Translations under genes and position numbers: made by a program
Shown: in pieces, positions 38,201 to 51,271 of the stretch
How the letters are laid out: every line of letters starts with the position of its first letter
Numbering within the stretch: position 1 is the first letter of the stretch
Assembly: GCA_016748015.1 (NCBI GenBank)
Contig: JAAOMT010000591.1
Span: forward strand, 72,160-136,159
Length of the DNA: 64,000 nucleotides
Origin: Geosiphon pyriformis uo1
Lineage: Eukaryota > Fungi > Glomeromycota
Direction of reading: 5' to 3'
The notes under the pieces: generated by a model
The model's input: the letters and a program-made list of their open reading frames with translations, nothing else
Database searches by the model: none
Told to the model about the DNA's origin: nothing

Positions 38201-41098
38201 GAAGAGGAAAAACATGTAACAAATCATGTCAGTACACAATTCTTATAAGCAACTGGGTAAAAAAAAGAATGTTCATAGATGCTGCTTGGAGATAAGCAGT
38301 CAAACACTTGGATGGTTGTCCATACAATGATAACAAAATTTGGCAAATGGCTTTCACCAAAATTGAAGGAACATCACCAAAAGAAATAAGGATAATCAAA
38401 AATAACCCTTCTGAGCCCATAGAACTTAACTGGAACTCAGAACCAGTCATAAATCTACTAGACCTGGAACAATTCCATGAACACTATTAGGAATTAGCAC
38501 TTACTAAAAAAAAACAGGAGCAATAGTTGGAAGAAATAAACATAAGACTATGTGACCACTGTCTGATTCCATGTAACTTTCAATATTGTAATAAGTGTGA
38601 CCTTATTTACAATCTACCACCATGTATAATCTACACAATTCCAGAAAAGAAAGAATTAATCAGCAGCTGCACATCAGAATTGGAATCAATTTTCAATCCC
38701 GATTCAAACTCCAACAATAACAATGACAAAAACAACAGTTCTAGCTCTGCTCAATACCACAATGAAAATAACAATAATTCAGACTCAGATTCAAACTCCG
38801 AAACTTACATCACACTTCCTGATCTCACCAAGAAACAGGAACTTAAATGGTTTAGCAATAATAATGAAGGTATTATATTAGAATGTACACATAATACCAA
38901 TGCAGAATTTAATCTAAGATATCCAGGAAAAGATCTCATCAAATTGGAATCTCATTTGCACACCTGCATTGATCTCAAAATAGCACTAAAAATCCCAGCA
39001 ACAACCATAGTTCAATTAGCATTTAGGGGTAGTTTAGCGAAAAAAAAAATCAACATTAGAGAAGAAATAATTGATGCAGGATACATAAGAAATATCATTT
39101 CTATGTTACAAAATGACTCAGAAAAGGCATATATTATAAATTCAAACAAAAAGATAGCACAGACAATATTTCTATCTCTGGTTAGAATAGCTCAATTAGT
39201 ATTAGTGGGAAACAGGAAAAAATTAGGGATAACAGCAAAAGAAATACAAGGATTCAGATCAATGAATAGAATATATGTACCAGTTAATATGGCAAAAGAA
39301 AAAATTATTGACAAGGGAAAAATTATCTCCACTCATCAACCAATTTCTATTCTACTATATGACTAATACATGGTAGTTATAGAGAGAAAAGTAAAGAATC
39401 AAGTTCAGATTTTTAAGGCAGAAGCAACACTTTGTGAATTAGGAGAAATTGGATTAGTTAATCTACATATACCAGCCAAAAACCACAGTCACATCAAAAT
39501 TTCTATTTACAACAACATAAAAAATGTTATCAAGATATTAAAGGGAACCACTATTGGATACTTAACCACCAAAATTGAAAATCAACTGCCAGACATCATT
39601 CTAGACTTTTCATAACTGTGTGGATATGTAGATATCACATCACAAACAATATATGGATGAGAAGAATGTTATCTGCTCCAACCAGAACAATTGAAACAGA
39701 TGAACTTGGAAAATTTAGACCCATTATAACATATGCAACTTAAGATACTACTTAACAATTTCAATAACATCTTTGCCAGTGAAAATGAATTTGGCAGAAC
39801 TGACATTATTCAACATCAAATCAAGACTGAAGATGCAATGCCAATCAAACAAAGAGCATACAAAGTACCACTAGCCAGCCATGAGATTATTCATCAAGAA
39901 ATCAATTGGATGCTTGACAACGGATTAATTTAACTATTAATGAGCCCATAGTTGTCACCAGTAGTACTAGTTTATAAAAAGAATGGAAAAATTCATTTTT
40001 GTGTGGATTACTGGAAATTAAATAGAGTAACCAAAGGTAATAACTACTCAACTCCAAAGATTCAAGAACTGTTTGACACTTTTGAAGGGAAGAAATGGTT
40101 CTCAACTTTAGACTTAGACAGTGGTTACTGGCAAGTAGCCATAAAATCAAAAGATAAGAAAAAAACAGCTTTTAGAACATGAAAAAAGAATTTTGAGTTT
40201 GAAGTCATGCCATTTGGTTTAATGAATGCCCAACAACATTTCAATGACTCATGGAAATTGTCTATACTAGATTACTATGGAAATCAGTAGTCATATACTT
40301 GAATGACACCAATGTGTTCTTAAAAACATTTGATAATTATCTGCATCATCTCCAACAAGTATTTGAAAGACTCAAACAAGCAGAATTAAAACTAAATGCC
40401 AACAAATACTTCTTTGGCAAAACAAAGCTCAAGTTTTGGGACATGTAATAAGCAAAAATGGTATTAAAACAAATCTGGATAAGATCATAATAGTAAAAAA
40501 CTTTTCAGTACCAACCAATTTGACAGAACTAAGAGCATTTTTGAGATTTGCAGGCTATTATTATTGCTTTATCAAGGACTTTTTTAAACTGGCTCAGCCA
40601 CTTCATTAGCTACAAACCAAATATGTAAAGTACAAATAAACAGAAGCTCAACAAAAAGTGTTTAACACACTGAGAAATAAGCTTATTTAAGCTTCAGTAC
40701 TGATCTATTCAGACTACAGTAAACCATTTATCATTACTACTGATATGTCAGGCCAAGCATTAGAAGCAGTACTATCACAGAGAGGACCAGATAGAAGAGA
40801 ACATCCAGTGGCATATGTTAGCAGAAGCTTAAGTCCAGCTGAAAAGAACTATAGAACATTAGCATTAAAACACTTAGCAATCTATTGGGCAGTCATGAAA
40901 TGGAAAAAATACTTGAGCCAAAAGTTTGAAGTATATATAAATTACAAAAGATTGACTTTAATCCAGAAGCAAAAATTTGAAGATAACCACCATGCAAGAT
41001 AGAAAATATCACTATCACTATATATATTTACAGTATATTATAAAAAAAAAAAAGACAATGGAAATGCTGACAGATTGTTGCAAATAAGACAAATTTAA
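35238..41098 (+). pseudogene. Element A gag-pol (continuation after C)
   Basis: Gag AIPYFLQ, CHYCNKQRHLKIDC, PR LIFNSG, Cys-rich domain 37980-38610, dUTPase 38840-39270, RT YLNDT, RNase H. Confidence 0.9.
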
Positions 41099-41128
41099 AA
41101 ACATTTCAACCCAAAAATATAACAAAAG

Positions 41129-42502
41129 ATAAACATACAAAAATACTAACAACTCCAACATTATATAAATACCCAATTGTTCAAGGAGAAATTATTTCAA
41201 AAAGAACAAAACAACATAAAACAGCAATCAAAATATTTTATCAATCATTAAAATATACTTTATCAGAAGAACAAAAGAAATTCAAATTAACCAACCAGAG
41301 TAATCACAAAACCAGAGAAAGAGACAATATTATTCAACATGTACTCAGACTCAACAGCAGAACATTTTCACAAAAAAGCAACCATAGAAAGAACCAAAAA
41401 AAGATACTATTGGCCATCAATGTATCCAGACATTATTTAATATGTTTAAAATTGTAATGCTTATTAAAGAAGAGGTGGAACAAAACCCAGTAAACTATTG
41501 AGACCAATCAAAATGGAACAACCATTCAATTGTATCAGAATTAACTTAGTCAAACCATTAACAATCACCAGAGGCAACAGATATATTGCAGTAACCATGA
41601 ATTATCTCACAAAATGGCCAGAAGCAAAAGCCATTCAAAGAGCAGATGCAAAATCTATTGCTGAATTCGTTCATCAAGATTTAATCTGTCAACACAGATG
41701 TCCAAAAGAACTATTATCAAATCAAGAAACTTATTTTGTAAATAGAACATTAGAAAAATTAAGTCAAAGATTTGGAATTAAAAGACTATTATCATCACTA
41801 TACCATCTATAAATCAATAGATTAGTTAAAAGATTCAATAAAACATTGTGTAAAGAAATTGCCAAAATTAGCCAAGAAAATCAAGATGAATGGAATTTGT
41901 TCATACCATCAGTATTATTTGCTTATCAAACAATGAGACAAGATACTATTCAAACAACACCATTTGAATTAGTATATGATAGAACAGCAACACTACCAGT
42001 GAAAATAGAAGTACAAACATATCTAACAAAACCAATAACAGAAGAAAATTTCCAAAGAATATTGTTAAGAAAAACATATAACTTAATAAAAACACTAGAA
42101 AACAAAAGGTAAAAAGCAGCTGATAACATATAAAAGTCACAAGAAAGACAAAAAGAAAAACACAATAATCAACTACCAAAGAAACCAGTTGAGTTTAAGA
42201 TTGGAGACAAAGTATTTCTACATTGTACCAAAGTGGAAAAACAATGAAATAGAAAATTTGACCCCAAATAGGATAGACTATTTCACATAGAAGAAATTCT
42301 TGGAAATAAAGCTTATAAATTAAGGTTGAACAACAAAATCTTAACCAAAGCAGCACATAGTGATTGATTAAAATAATATCACCATATAGTATCATCATCT
42401 ACCAGTAATATTCCACAATTAAAAGTACAAAGAATACTAGTCAAACCAGATGAGATTCCACGAGATCTAGAACCAATTATAATCATTAAACCAAACATGT
42501 AA
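41129..42502 (+). pseudogene. Element A integrase
   Basis: Collinear with the B and C integrases; NYLTKWPEA, SNQETYF. Confidence 0.88.
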
Positions 42503-42561
42503 AATTGGACAACTAAAAGAATATATAAAGACATGGTATATGCGATAAAAGACAATAAAAA

Positions 42562-43202
42562 ATGGAAATTACTGACAACATTTATTCATTAGCACAACAA
42601 CTCTTCCAACTGATTCAACAACAAAAGATGGAAATCACAATCAACCAACAAACTATCAAATACACAAATACCAAAAAAAGATCATGAGATAAAATACGGA
42701 AAAATACAGAAAGCACTGTTAACAAAATAATTGCAAAAGTGAAACTGGCAATAGAAACACAACCAAAGGCCATCCACTATCAAGAGTTGACTATAGAAAC
42801 TTGGAATTGGTGGATACAACAATTTCCAAAAAACTTTTGTTACTTTCACTTGGAATGACACTTGAACATACAAAACTTATACATGGATAAAACAAAACAA
42901 TTATTTGACACTGTTATACTGCAACAACTAGAACAATTTGTGGGAAAAAACAATTTGATGACACAAGCAAGAGCCATCTATCAGCTACATACTGGATTTC
43001 AAGACAGATTGGAAACCTTACTTAATTCAGAAATGGGCTCTATTACAGTAAACCAAATAGGAAAAATAACCAATACACAATTTGAAGAATTACAGAACCA
43101 AATAACACAAGTAATTCTCGAAAAAAAAAAGTTCAGAAAATACTCAAAGATAAAAAATTAGAGTTAGGAGATATGGGAGATCTCAATAGAGCTCAATATT
43201 AA
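42562..43202 (+). pseudogene. Element A accessory ORF3
   Basis: MEITDNIYSLAQQLFQ...QARAIYQLH...ITVNQIGKITNTQFEEL...DLNRAQY*; TATATAAAG at 42522. Confidence 0.75.
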
Positions 43203-44797
43203 AAAAGAGGGAATAATGTTATTCATAGAATATAGGAAGTATATTAGCATATAAATTAGCCAATCAGAAATAGCCATAGTAAATGTGGAATTCCAAAATT
43301 CCTCTCAAAGGAATTGCAGAATTCCAGAAATTGCAGGATTCCTGGTGTAAAAAATTAAGAAATTGAGGAATCTCAATTATGTATATATAGCAGTAGCATT
43401 AGAAGTAGAAAAGACAGACCTCTTAGTTTAAATTTGATCTAAGCAACCTTTCACATTACAAATAAATAATTATTCACTATTTTAATCCACTTTCCACTAT
43501 CAATACTTCATGTTGATAGTAATTGATACTTAATCACACTAGAACAATAGCTCTTGATTATGGCTATTGATGAAATACTAACTGGCCACTACCTTGGCTT
43601 ATTTTCTTATTTTCTTTTATTTTCTTTGTTATTCTTTTGTTTTACTAAAATTGATTAAGGATTAAATACTAAAGTACAGACATTATAGGGACTGGTAAAA
43701 GACCCATAAAACAAGGATAAAACACTCATAGATTTAAGGATAGCTTACCAAAAGGATTACTGGCTACCACGCTGAGAAAAAAATTTGATAAAACTGCAGT
43801 TTCAGAAAGCTACGGATAAAACAATTAATTAAATTTCTGTTCATTATACAAAAGACTCAACCAAAACCTTCAGACCAACAATACCTTCAGATCAACACTT
43901 TGACATCAATTAAGCACCAAGTTATGAATTTGTTATTAAACTTGAGATCCTAAATAATCATCTGTAACATCAGTAAAAAGAAACCTAATTTCAATAATAC
44001 ATCTACGACACTTTTTGCCTCTTATTCCCAACTGATAATCAATAATAAAGGCTGTCAATTTGATCTTCTGCATACTTGTATAATCATGTAGAAAATAGCA
44101 CAATGTCATGTTGTTAAGCTCTCTAAACACAGCAATGCCTATATCAATTGGAATATCAATATAAAATACTTTGTACAATGTTAAAGATATTGGAATAAAA
44201 ATCAACTACAGTTTTTTAAAAAATGTTCTGATCATCATAAGTCATGAAATTTGATATATAATATATTGTTACAGGTTGGAGTAACAAGCTAATAGATAGC
44301 AAGGAAGAACAGAATTATAAGATAATGGAAATAATTAAAGAGAATTCAACTTCAAAGAGTGAATTAAATAAGTATGGATTTAATGTGTGAGATTAGTCTC
44401 ATAAAATATTTCAGTCGCTATTCTTTTCAAAAGGTAACTAGGGAATCTGAAGATAGAGGAATAGTCCATATTGTTAACAAATAATTACACTTGGTATAAT
44501 TCTATGTCTTATATCAGTGCTCTTAAAATTTAATATCAAGTATCAGATGTGCTTTTCAGTCACATTTTATTCAATAATTTTTAAATGCTACATTTTATAT
44601 GTTTCAGGAAAAGTTAGAAAAATACCAACAAGTGATTTTTTATCTTAAGATGTTTGGATATTTGAAGGTAAGGAAAGGAAATTTAGCAATAAGAGAATAA
44701 TTAAGATGAAAGTTGTTATTTTATTTCTTTTTTTTCTTTGATTCTTACATGCTTTTCTACAGCTAAGAGATTTATTGCTTATATAGCTATCAAAAGT

Positions 44798-44905
44798 GGT
44801 CAGTGATCAGGTCAATGACTAGATCAATAATCAGGTCAATGATTAGGTCAATGATCAAGTCAATGATTAGACCAATAGTCAAGTCATTAATTAGGTCAAT
44901 GATCA
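44798..44905. repeat. 12-bp tandem array (TCAATGATCAGG, TGATCA core) in family-2 LTR U3; also 51855-51985 and 53858-53941
   Basis: Directly visible; copy number differs among the three LTR copies. Confidence 0.9.
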
Positions 44906-45052
44906 CTTTCTAAAAATAGAGTGGCTAATTTATATCACATCAGTGGCTAATACATGTGATATTCAATAAGAAGTATAAGTTTCAACTGTAACATTATCCT
45001 CTCCAAAGAGATTAAGCTCTGGCAAAATCAAGCTATTTATGATATAATCTAT

Positions 45053-45619
45053 TTAAAGAGTTTTATCTAACTCAAAGCTAACTAGTTTGTTGAAGTCTTT
45101 TGTGGATAAGATATATAATACTTGAGGTGAAATAAGTTTTGTATCCAAGAAACCAAATCTTTGTATTAAAGTTTTGGCTCTTTTAGCAATAATTAAAACT
45201 CTTGGGACATCTAACCATATAATGCCCAAAATTTCTGCCTGTATCTTTGAAGTTGTTTTCTTCATAAGTTTTATATCCTCTATGATTTCACCTAGACAAC
45301 CATAGAGTTTTAATTGCCTTCCATATGACAAGTTTTTGTCTATGGGTAAGATTTCTTGGAGTGTTTTTTCAATTGTGTTGGAAGGTAGAAGTATAACTGC
45401 TGTTATACTTTCCAACAGATATTTATTTATTTTACTACCAATTTTTTTTCTTCTGGTAGTAGTTTTTTTTGGTCTGATAACAATATGTGTTCTATTGTTA
45501 TCAGTTATAGTAGTTTGTTTTCCAATGGTCAGAGTAGCATTTGGATAGTTTTTGATTCAATACTTATGGAGAGTATAGAAGATATTTTGAATATTTTGAT
45601 CCAGAAAATAATTGTTCAT
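45053..45619 (-). pseudogene. Element D accessory ORF3 (distant homologue of the A/B/C ORF3)
   Basis: MNNYFLDQNIQNIFY...LTIGKQT...RPKKTTTRRKK...LYGCLGE...AKRAKTL...ISPQVLYILSTKDFNKL; TATAAATA at 45665-45658. Confidence 0.65.
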
Positions 45620-45679
45620 GTTGATTAAAGATATCTCTGTTTTGGGAATGGTGCATTTATTTATACTTGATTTTTGCTG

Positions 45680-46975
45680 ATTATTTAAGTCAATATTACC
45701 ATAACAGACAGCCAATTAAGTTATTTATGATAATTTTTAAGTCATATACCATAAACAGGATGATTATTGAAGATTGTTCCAGATTAATCTTGAAGAATAT
45801 AAGAATCATTGTTCAAAACTTTGTTGACTATAAAGAGTTCTTTCTACTGGCTAGAAAATTTATCACCATAAATGTTGTCTCTGTCAGAACGGTATTCTAG
45901 TACCAAGTCACTACTTAAAGAAAGTGTTTTATAAGTTTTTTTTTTTCTTAAGCTTTTTTTAGAACTGTTTTATTTTTTCAAAAGCAATTATTCATGCTTC
46001 TACCAAGGAGTCAAAAATAGTACTAAGTCTTCTTTGCAAAATGTTTTTGTAATTTCTTATTGTGATTTTTTCAAAAAGTATTGTTTCAATGTCAGTTTCT
46101 ATTGGTAGTGTTGCCATGCATTCATAGAGCAGATAAAAAGATTCATAACTTGTTATGTTATAATTCACAGTTCTATAAGCAAACAAAGCTAAAGGCAGTA
46201 TTTTGTCCCATAAGTTTGTTTCTTCACTGGTTTTGGTTAGGGTTTCACATAATGTTTTATTAAAACATTCTACTAGGCTATTTGTTTAGGAGTAATAAGG
46301 GGAGGAAAATTTATGATGTATTCCCATTTTTCTATAAAGTTCTTTAACCAGTATACTGAAAAAAGCTCTTTCTCTATCAGATAAAAGTTCTTTGGGACAG
46401 CCATAACAGCAAATAATATCTTCATAAATGAAATTGGCTATTAAGATTGCTGTTTGGTCTGGGGTGGCTCTTGTTTCTACTCACTTTGTAAGGTAGTTGG
46501 TAGCTGTAATAATGTATCTGTTGTCATCAAGAGTTATTGTTAAAAGTCTAACAACATCTATACCAATTCTGTCAAATAGTTGACCAACAAAAATTGGATG
46601 GATATCTTCTTTGTGATTGGGTTTGCCTTTTCTTTGGCAGATGTTACAGGTTTTAATGTATTTAGCAATGTCTTTTCCTAAGGTAAGCCAATAATAATGA
46701 GCTAAAGTTTTTTGAATTTTTTTTGTTTTTTCAAAGTGTCTAGCTAATGGGTCAGTATGCATATTGTATATTACAATTTCTCTTTTTTCAAATCTAATGA
46801 CTCTCTGGGGGTGGTCAGGATCTTTTCTGTTTCTTTTGTATAATTGGTTCTGGCAGATCAAATAGAAATTTAATTTTTTGCACAAATGTTCTCTTTGTTG
46901 TCGAGTGTATTCTGGTGGGTATTGTCCTTTATCCAAAAATTTCATTAAACCAGAATAGTTGTCCAAGTTAATTAT
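45680..46975 (-). pseudogene. Element D integrase
   Basis: HTDPLARHF...CNICQR, IGIDVV, NYLTK. Confidence 0.85.
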
Positions 46976-47039
46976 TGTGTTTGTTTGTGAAGGAGTTACT
47001 AATAATTAAGTTGGTTTGGTTTGAGGGGTTGTACTATCA

Positions 47040-50000
47040 CTAGATGATAAGTCTAGAGAAAACATTGGCATTTTGATGATTTGCTTCTTTGTGGTGTTGA
47101 ATATTATAATCAAATTCATCCAAATGAAGTATACAGCGAGTTATTCATTTGTGTTCCAGCTTTTTTTTATTGTACAGCCAAACCAAGACTTAATAATCTG
47201 TTACCACTAAGAATTTTGCACCAAGAAGATATTGATCTCAGTAGTTAGTAGTCCAAACTACTGTTAAACATTCTTGTTTAGTAACTGAATAGTTCTTTTC
47301 TACTGGTGTAAGAAATCTACTGACATATACTATGGTATGTTCTTTGCCATTTTCATCTTTTTGTGAAAGAACAGCACCAAGTCCATAGCCAGATGCATCA
47401 GTATGAAAAATAAAAGATTGGTCCAGATTAGGTTGTTTGAGAATTAGTTCAGTAACAAGTTTTTCCTTCAGAAATTCAAAAGCTTTTTGTTGATAAGTGT
47501 CTCAATAATAATTGACATTTTTCCTGAGTAGCTAATTAAGAGGAAAGGTAATTTTGGAAAAATCCTTGAAAAATTTGTGATAGTAAGAGGCCAAACCAAA
47601 GAAAGAGTGTAGTTCAAGAACATTTATTGGTTGTTTAATGTTCTGAACTTTTTCAACTTTAGCTGGGTCAGGGAAGATTCCATCTTTTGTAATAAGATGA
47701 CCAAAGAACTGGGTGGATTGGCATTCAAAGAAAAATTTGATTGGGTTGATCTTAAAACCAGCATTTCTGAACAGATTAAAAACCTTCTGTAAATGTTCAA
47801 GGTGTTCATCTCAGGTTTTTGAATATATCATTATATAATCAAAGTAAACCAGAACAAAGTTTTCCTTTACTGATTCAAACACTTTATTTATTAAGCATTG
47901 AAAGATAGGAGGAGTATTGGTGAGACCAAAAGGCATGACTGTGAATTCATAAGTGCCATACTTGGTAATAAAGGCAGTTTTCTTTCTGCTTTCTGGATCC
48001 ATCTCTACTTGCCAGAATCCAGCAGTTAAGTCAATAGTTAAGAAAAAAGCAGCATCATTGAATTTATCTAGCATTGTATCAATTTTGGAAAGTGGGTATA
48101 TGTCTCTTATAGTAATAGCATTTAATTGGCAGTAGTTAACACAGAAACATAGAGTTCCATCTTTCTTGGATACCACTACAACTGGAAAAGCCCATTCACT
48201 CTTGGTTTCTTGTATGAATTCAAGATTTTTCATCTGGTTTATTTCTTTTTTAATAAACTTATCATTGCATCTATTGGATTGATAAGGCTTCAAATGAATG
48301 AAATGAGTTTCTTTTGTGGTGATGGTGTGTTGTATTATATGAGTTTATCTAGGGGTATCACTTTTTTTTGAAATAACTGGGCTATTTTTAGCCAACAGAT
48401 TTTCAATGTCCACTTTTCTTTCTTCAAAAGAAGATTCTCTTTGTTCTACAACTAATGATTGGATTTCAGATGGTTTATTCTCAAAGGACTTTTGTACTTC
48501 TTTTAGTTCTTCTCTGAGTATCAAACTAATTGGCTCCCAATTTTTGTAATAGATTAGACAGGACTTGTATTCATCACTAGGGGAATACAAAGGTTTATTA
48601 CATCAGCACCTAACACAAGAACCATGTTACCAATAGCTGTATTTGGCTTTCTTGCCAGGTTTTCTATCAAAGATTCTTCTGAGAATGTCATAGTAGGACC
48701 AGCAGATTAGCTTGTCATTTACCATAATTCCTTCTTTGTCAGCTTTAACATTGTCCAGTGGCTTGCCATTGCTGATAAAAATGGTATAGACAAGTTCAAC
48801 AGTTTTTTCTTGTTCTTTTTGATCTTCTTCATCATTACTCTCATCATCATCTGATTCATCTAATTGTTCTTCTTCTTGTTTCTGTTTGGTTACTGGAGGA
48901 GTTATCTAATAATAGCATTTAACCACAATGGGTTTCTCATCATATCTGATGGTTAGCTTGCAAAGTTCATAGTCAAGTAAGACTTTTGCTTTCTTAAGCC
49001 ATTCATTGTTAACTATTATGGTGTATTCTTTGGCTTCAGATACTTCCATGTCAGTTTCAATGCTGATACTATTAATGCAAACAGGAACAGCTTTGGCTAT
49101 GCCCAGACCTTTCTTCTTGTCACCATGTATATTGGTTATTGGTCTTGTAAATAGTTCATTAATCTTTCTGCCAATTGTTTCTAAAAAGTGTTTGGCAATG
49201 ACGCTAACAGATAATCCACTGTCCAGAATCAGATCAATAAAATAACCAGTCATTTGGGCTTTACAAATGAGAGGGGTAACATTGTTGTTGTCAGCAAGTC
49301 CAGCTTAACATGGACATTTGTTGGTCTTTGGTGTCTTTTTCTTGGGTATTAATGATTTACAAAGATCTTTTTTGAACTGTAAGTGGGTCATTAGTTGGCC
49401 AAATGTAATATGTGCTGGAGTTTCCATGAGATCTTTAACAACAGAATAAGGACCAGATTTTTGTACTATTTCTGGGAGTTCTAACTTTGGAGAATTCTTA
49501 AAAACTTTGGCCTTTGGTGGCTCATTGTCATCAGCAGAGGATTTGGATGTTTTGTTTGAGTCCAAGATGAAATTAACCTTGGCTTTCTTCTTCTTTCTGG
49601 TTGATTCAGAGGTGTTGATTGCTAGTTCATCCATATCATGATTATTATCATTTAGATTAAAAGCATAAAAGGGATTTTTTTCTGGTTGGCTTGCACTTTT
49701 ACCCTTTGGAAATGCACCTACCAGTTTAAAGGCTAATAAACAGTAGCTTTAACTAAAGAATCCTCTCCAAAGAAATTGATGTTAGCATGATTGGATCTTT
49801 GATTGGAAATATTGTTGTTGATGGTTCTGTTGTATTGATTGTTATTGTTTCTAAGAGCTGGAGGAAACAGAGAAGGATTGTTACAATCTTTGGAAAAATG
49901 TCCAGTTAATTCACAGTGGTAACACACAGGTGGGCCACAATTTTGTTGTCTTTGATATAGGAATTGCTGGGGTTAATTAAAATGGGGTTCAAATCTGGGT

Positions 50001-51271
50001 TTTTGGGGTTGTTAATTCTCTCTGACAGCTTGGGCTAAGAGTTCTAGTAACCAGACAAGATTAGTTGTAAGTCTATCTATTAACTGTTCATTTGGGTCTT
50101 GAATTTGGGCAGCAAAAGAGACAGCAGCCATTTGTGGAGCTAGAGCCATGACAGAAGCAGGAGCAAAAACTGGAAGTGTGAATTCCAAATGCATCTTTTG
50201 GTTATCTTTAATTCTTTGTGCCAGTTTAATAGCCATGTTTATTGTTGAGTTGTCTTTTAAAGCCAAGAGAGACCAAAGAACATACAATAAATTAGTTCTT
50301 AATCCTTTTGTAAAGAAATAGATCTTTTGCTCTTCTGTCCAGTTTCTCCTAGAGTCTACACGTTTAATTAGCTTTTTAATAGCTTTGACATATTCAGTTA
50401 CTACTTCTCTAGGGCTTTGGGTTCTTTTTTCTAATTCCATGTGCCATTTGGATATTAATATTGGGGTTCTGAACTTGGTCTCAAACTGGGTAGTGAAAGA
50501 GGTATTTTTTTCTCCAGCATTGATTGGTGTCCATCTGATTATTCTGTGTTGAGCATTGGCATCTGTTTCTTGTAAAAACCAGATAGCAGGAGAGCCTTGC
50601 AGATAGCCACCAACAATTTGGAACTTGTATTTTTTATCATACTGATTTGCAGTAGCTGCTTTCTCAAAATTATCTAACCATTCAATTGGATCTTGTGCAT
50701 CACCTTTAAATAGTGATAGTGGAGTATTGTTTCTTTTTTCTAGAGCAGTTTGTATACCTTGGAGGGTGGCCAGAATGTTTGCTTGCATGAGATCATTAGC
50801 CATTGGTTCAGAAGTAACTGTTTATATAGATAAGTTTGATTCACTTGATAAAAAGTCAAAAACAGAGGCAGTTTAATAGCTTTCTTCTTTTGTTTCAAAG
50901 GGTGTTTTAGTTGCTTGATGGGCAGCAATCCAAATATAAATTTAATGATTCAGATATTCGGAATTAGGGGGCTGTTGTTCAAAGGTTGTGGAGTATAAAA
51001 GTTGATTGATGCTGTTGTTTCTTTTTTCAAAGTTGTCTTCAAAATAAGCTTGATCAAAGTAATAAGTTGTATAGGCTGTGTAGGTTTCAGCTGAATGCTC
51101 ATTCAGGAACCAGTTCCAAAAATTTTGGAATTGTCTACTGGATTGATTTTCAATGGAGAAGCAAATCAAGCAGAAGAGCAAAAGATTAAGTTCAATAAAG
51201 TCTAGTTCATTTTTGTTGTGTGCTTTAAAATGTTCTTCTGATTGTTGTGGCAGATATGAATAATCACCCAT
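47040..51271 (-). pseudogene. Element D gag-pol (Gag, CCHC, PR, RT, RNase H)
   Basis: QDPIEWLDNFE, CYHCELTGHFSKDC, LILDSG, DLTAGFWQV...VMPFGL, HTDASGYGLGAVL. Confidence 0.9.

Larger units (their letters stand above)
13868..43969 (+). mobile_element. Element A: Ty3/Gypsy LTR retrotransposon (family 1, dUTPase+), hosting B and C
   Basis: 5' LTR split into ~13868-14401 and 24462-24747 (first ~14 bp missing); PBS 24750-24766; internal region 24767-25135 and 35238-43216; PPT aaaaaagagggaataa; 3' LTR 43217-43969. Confidence 0.9.
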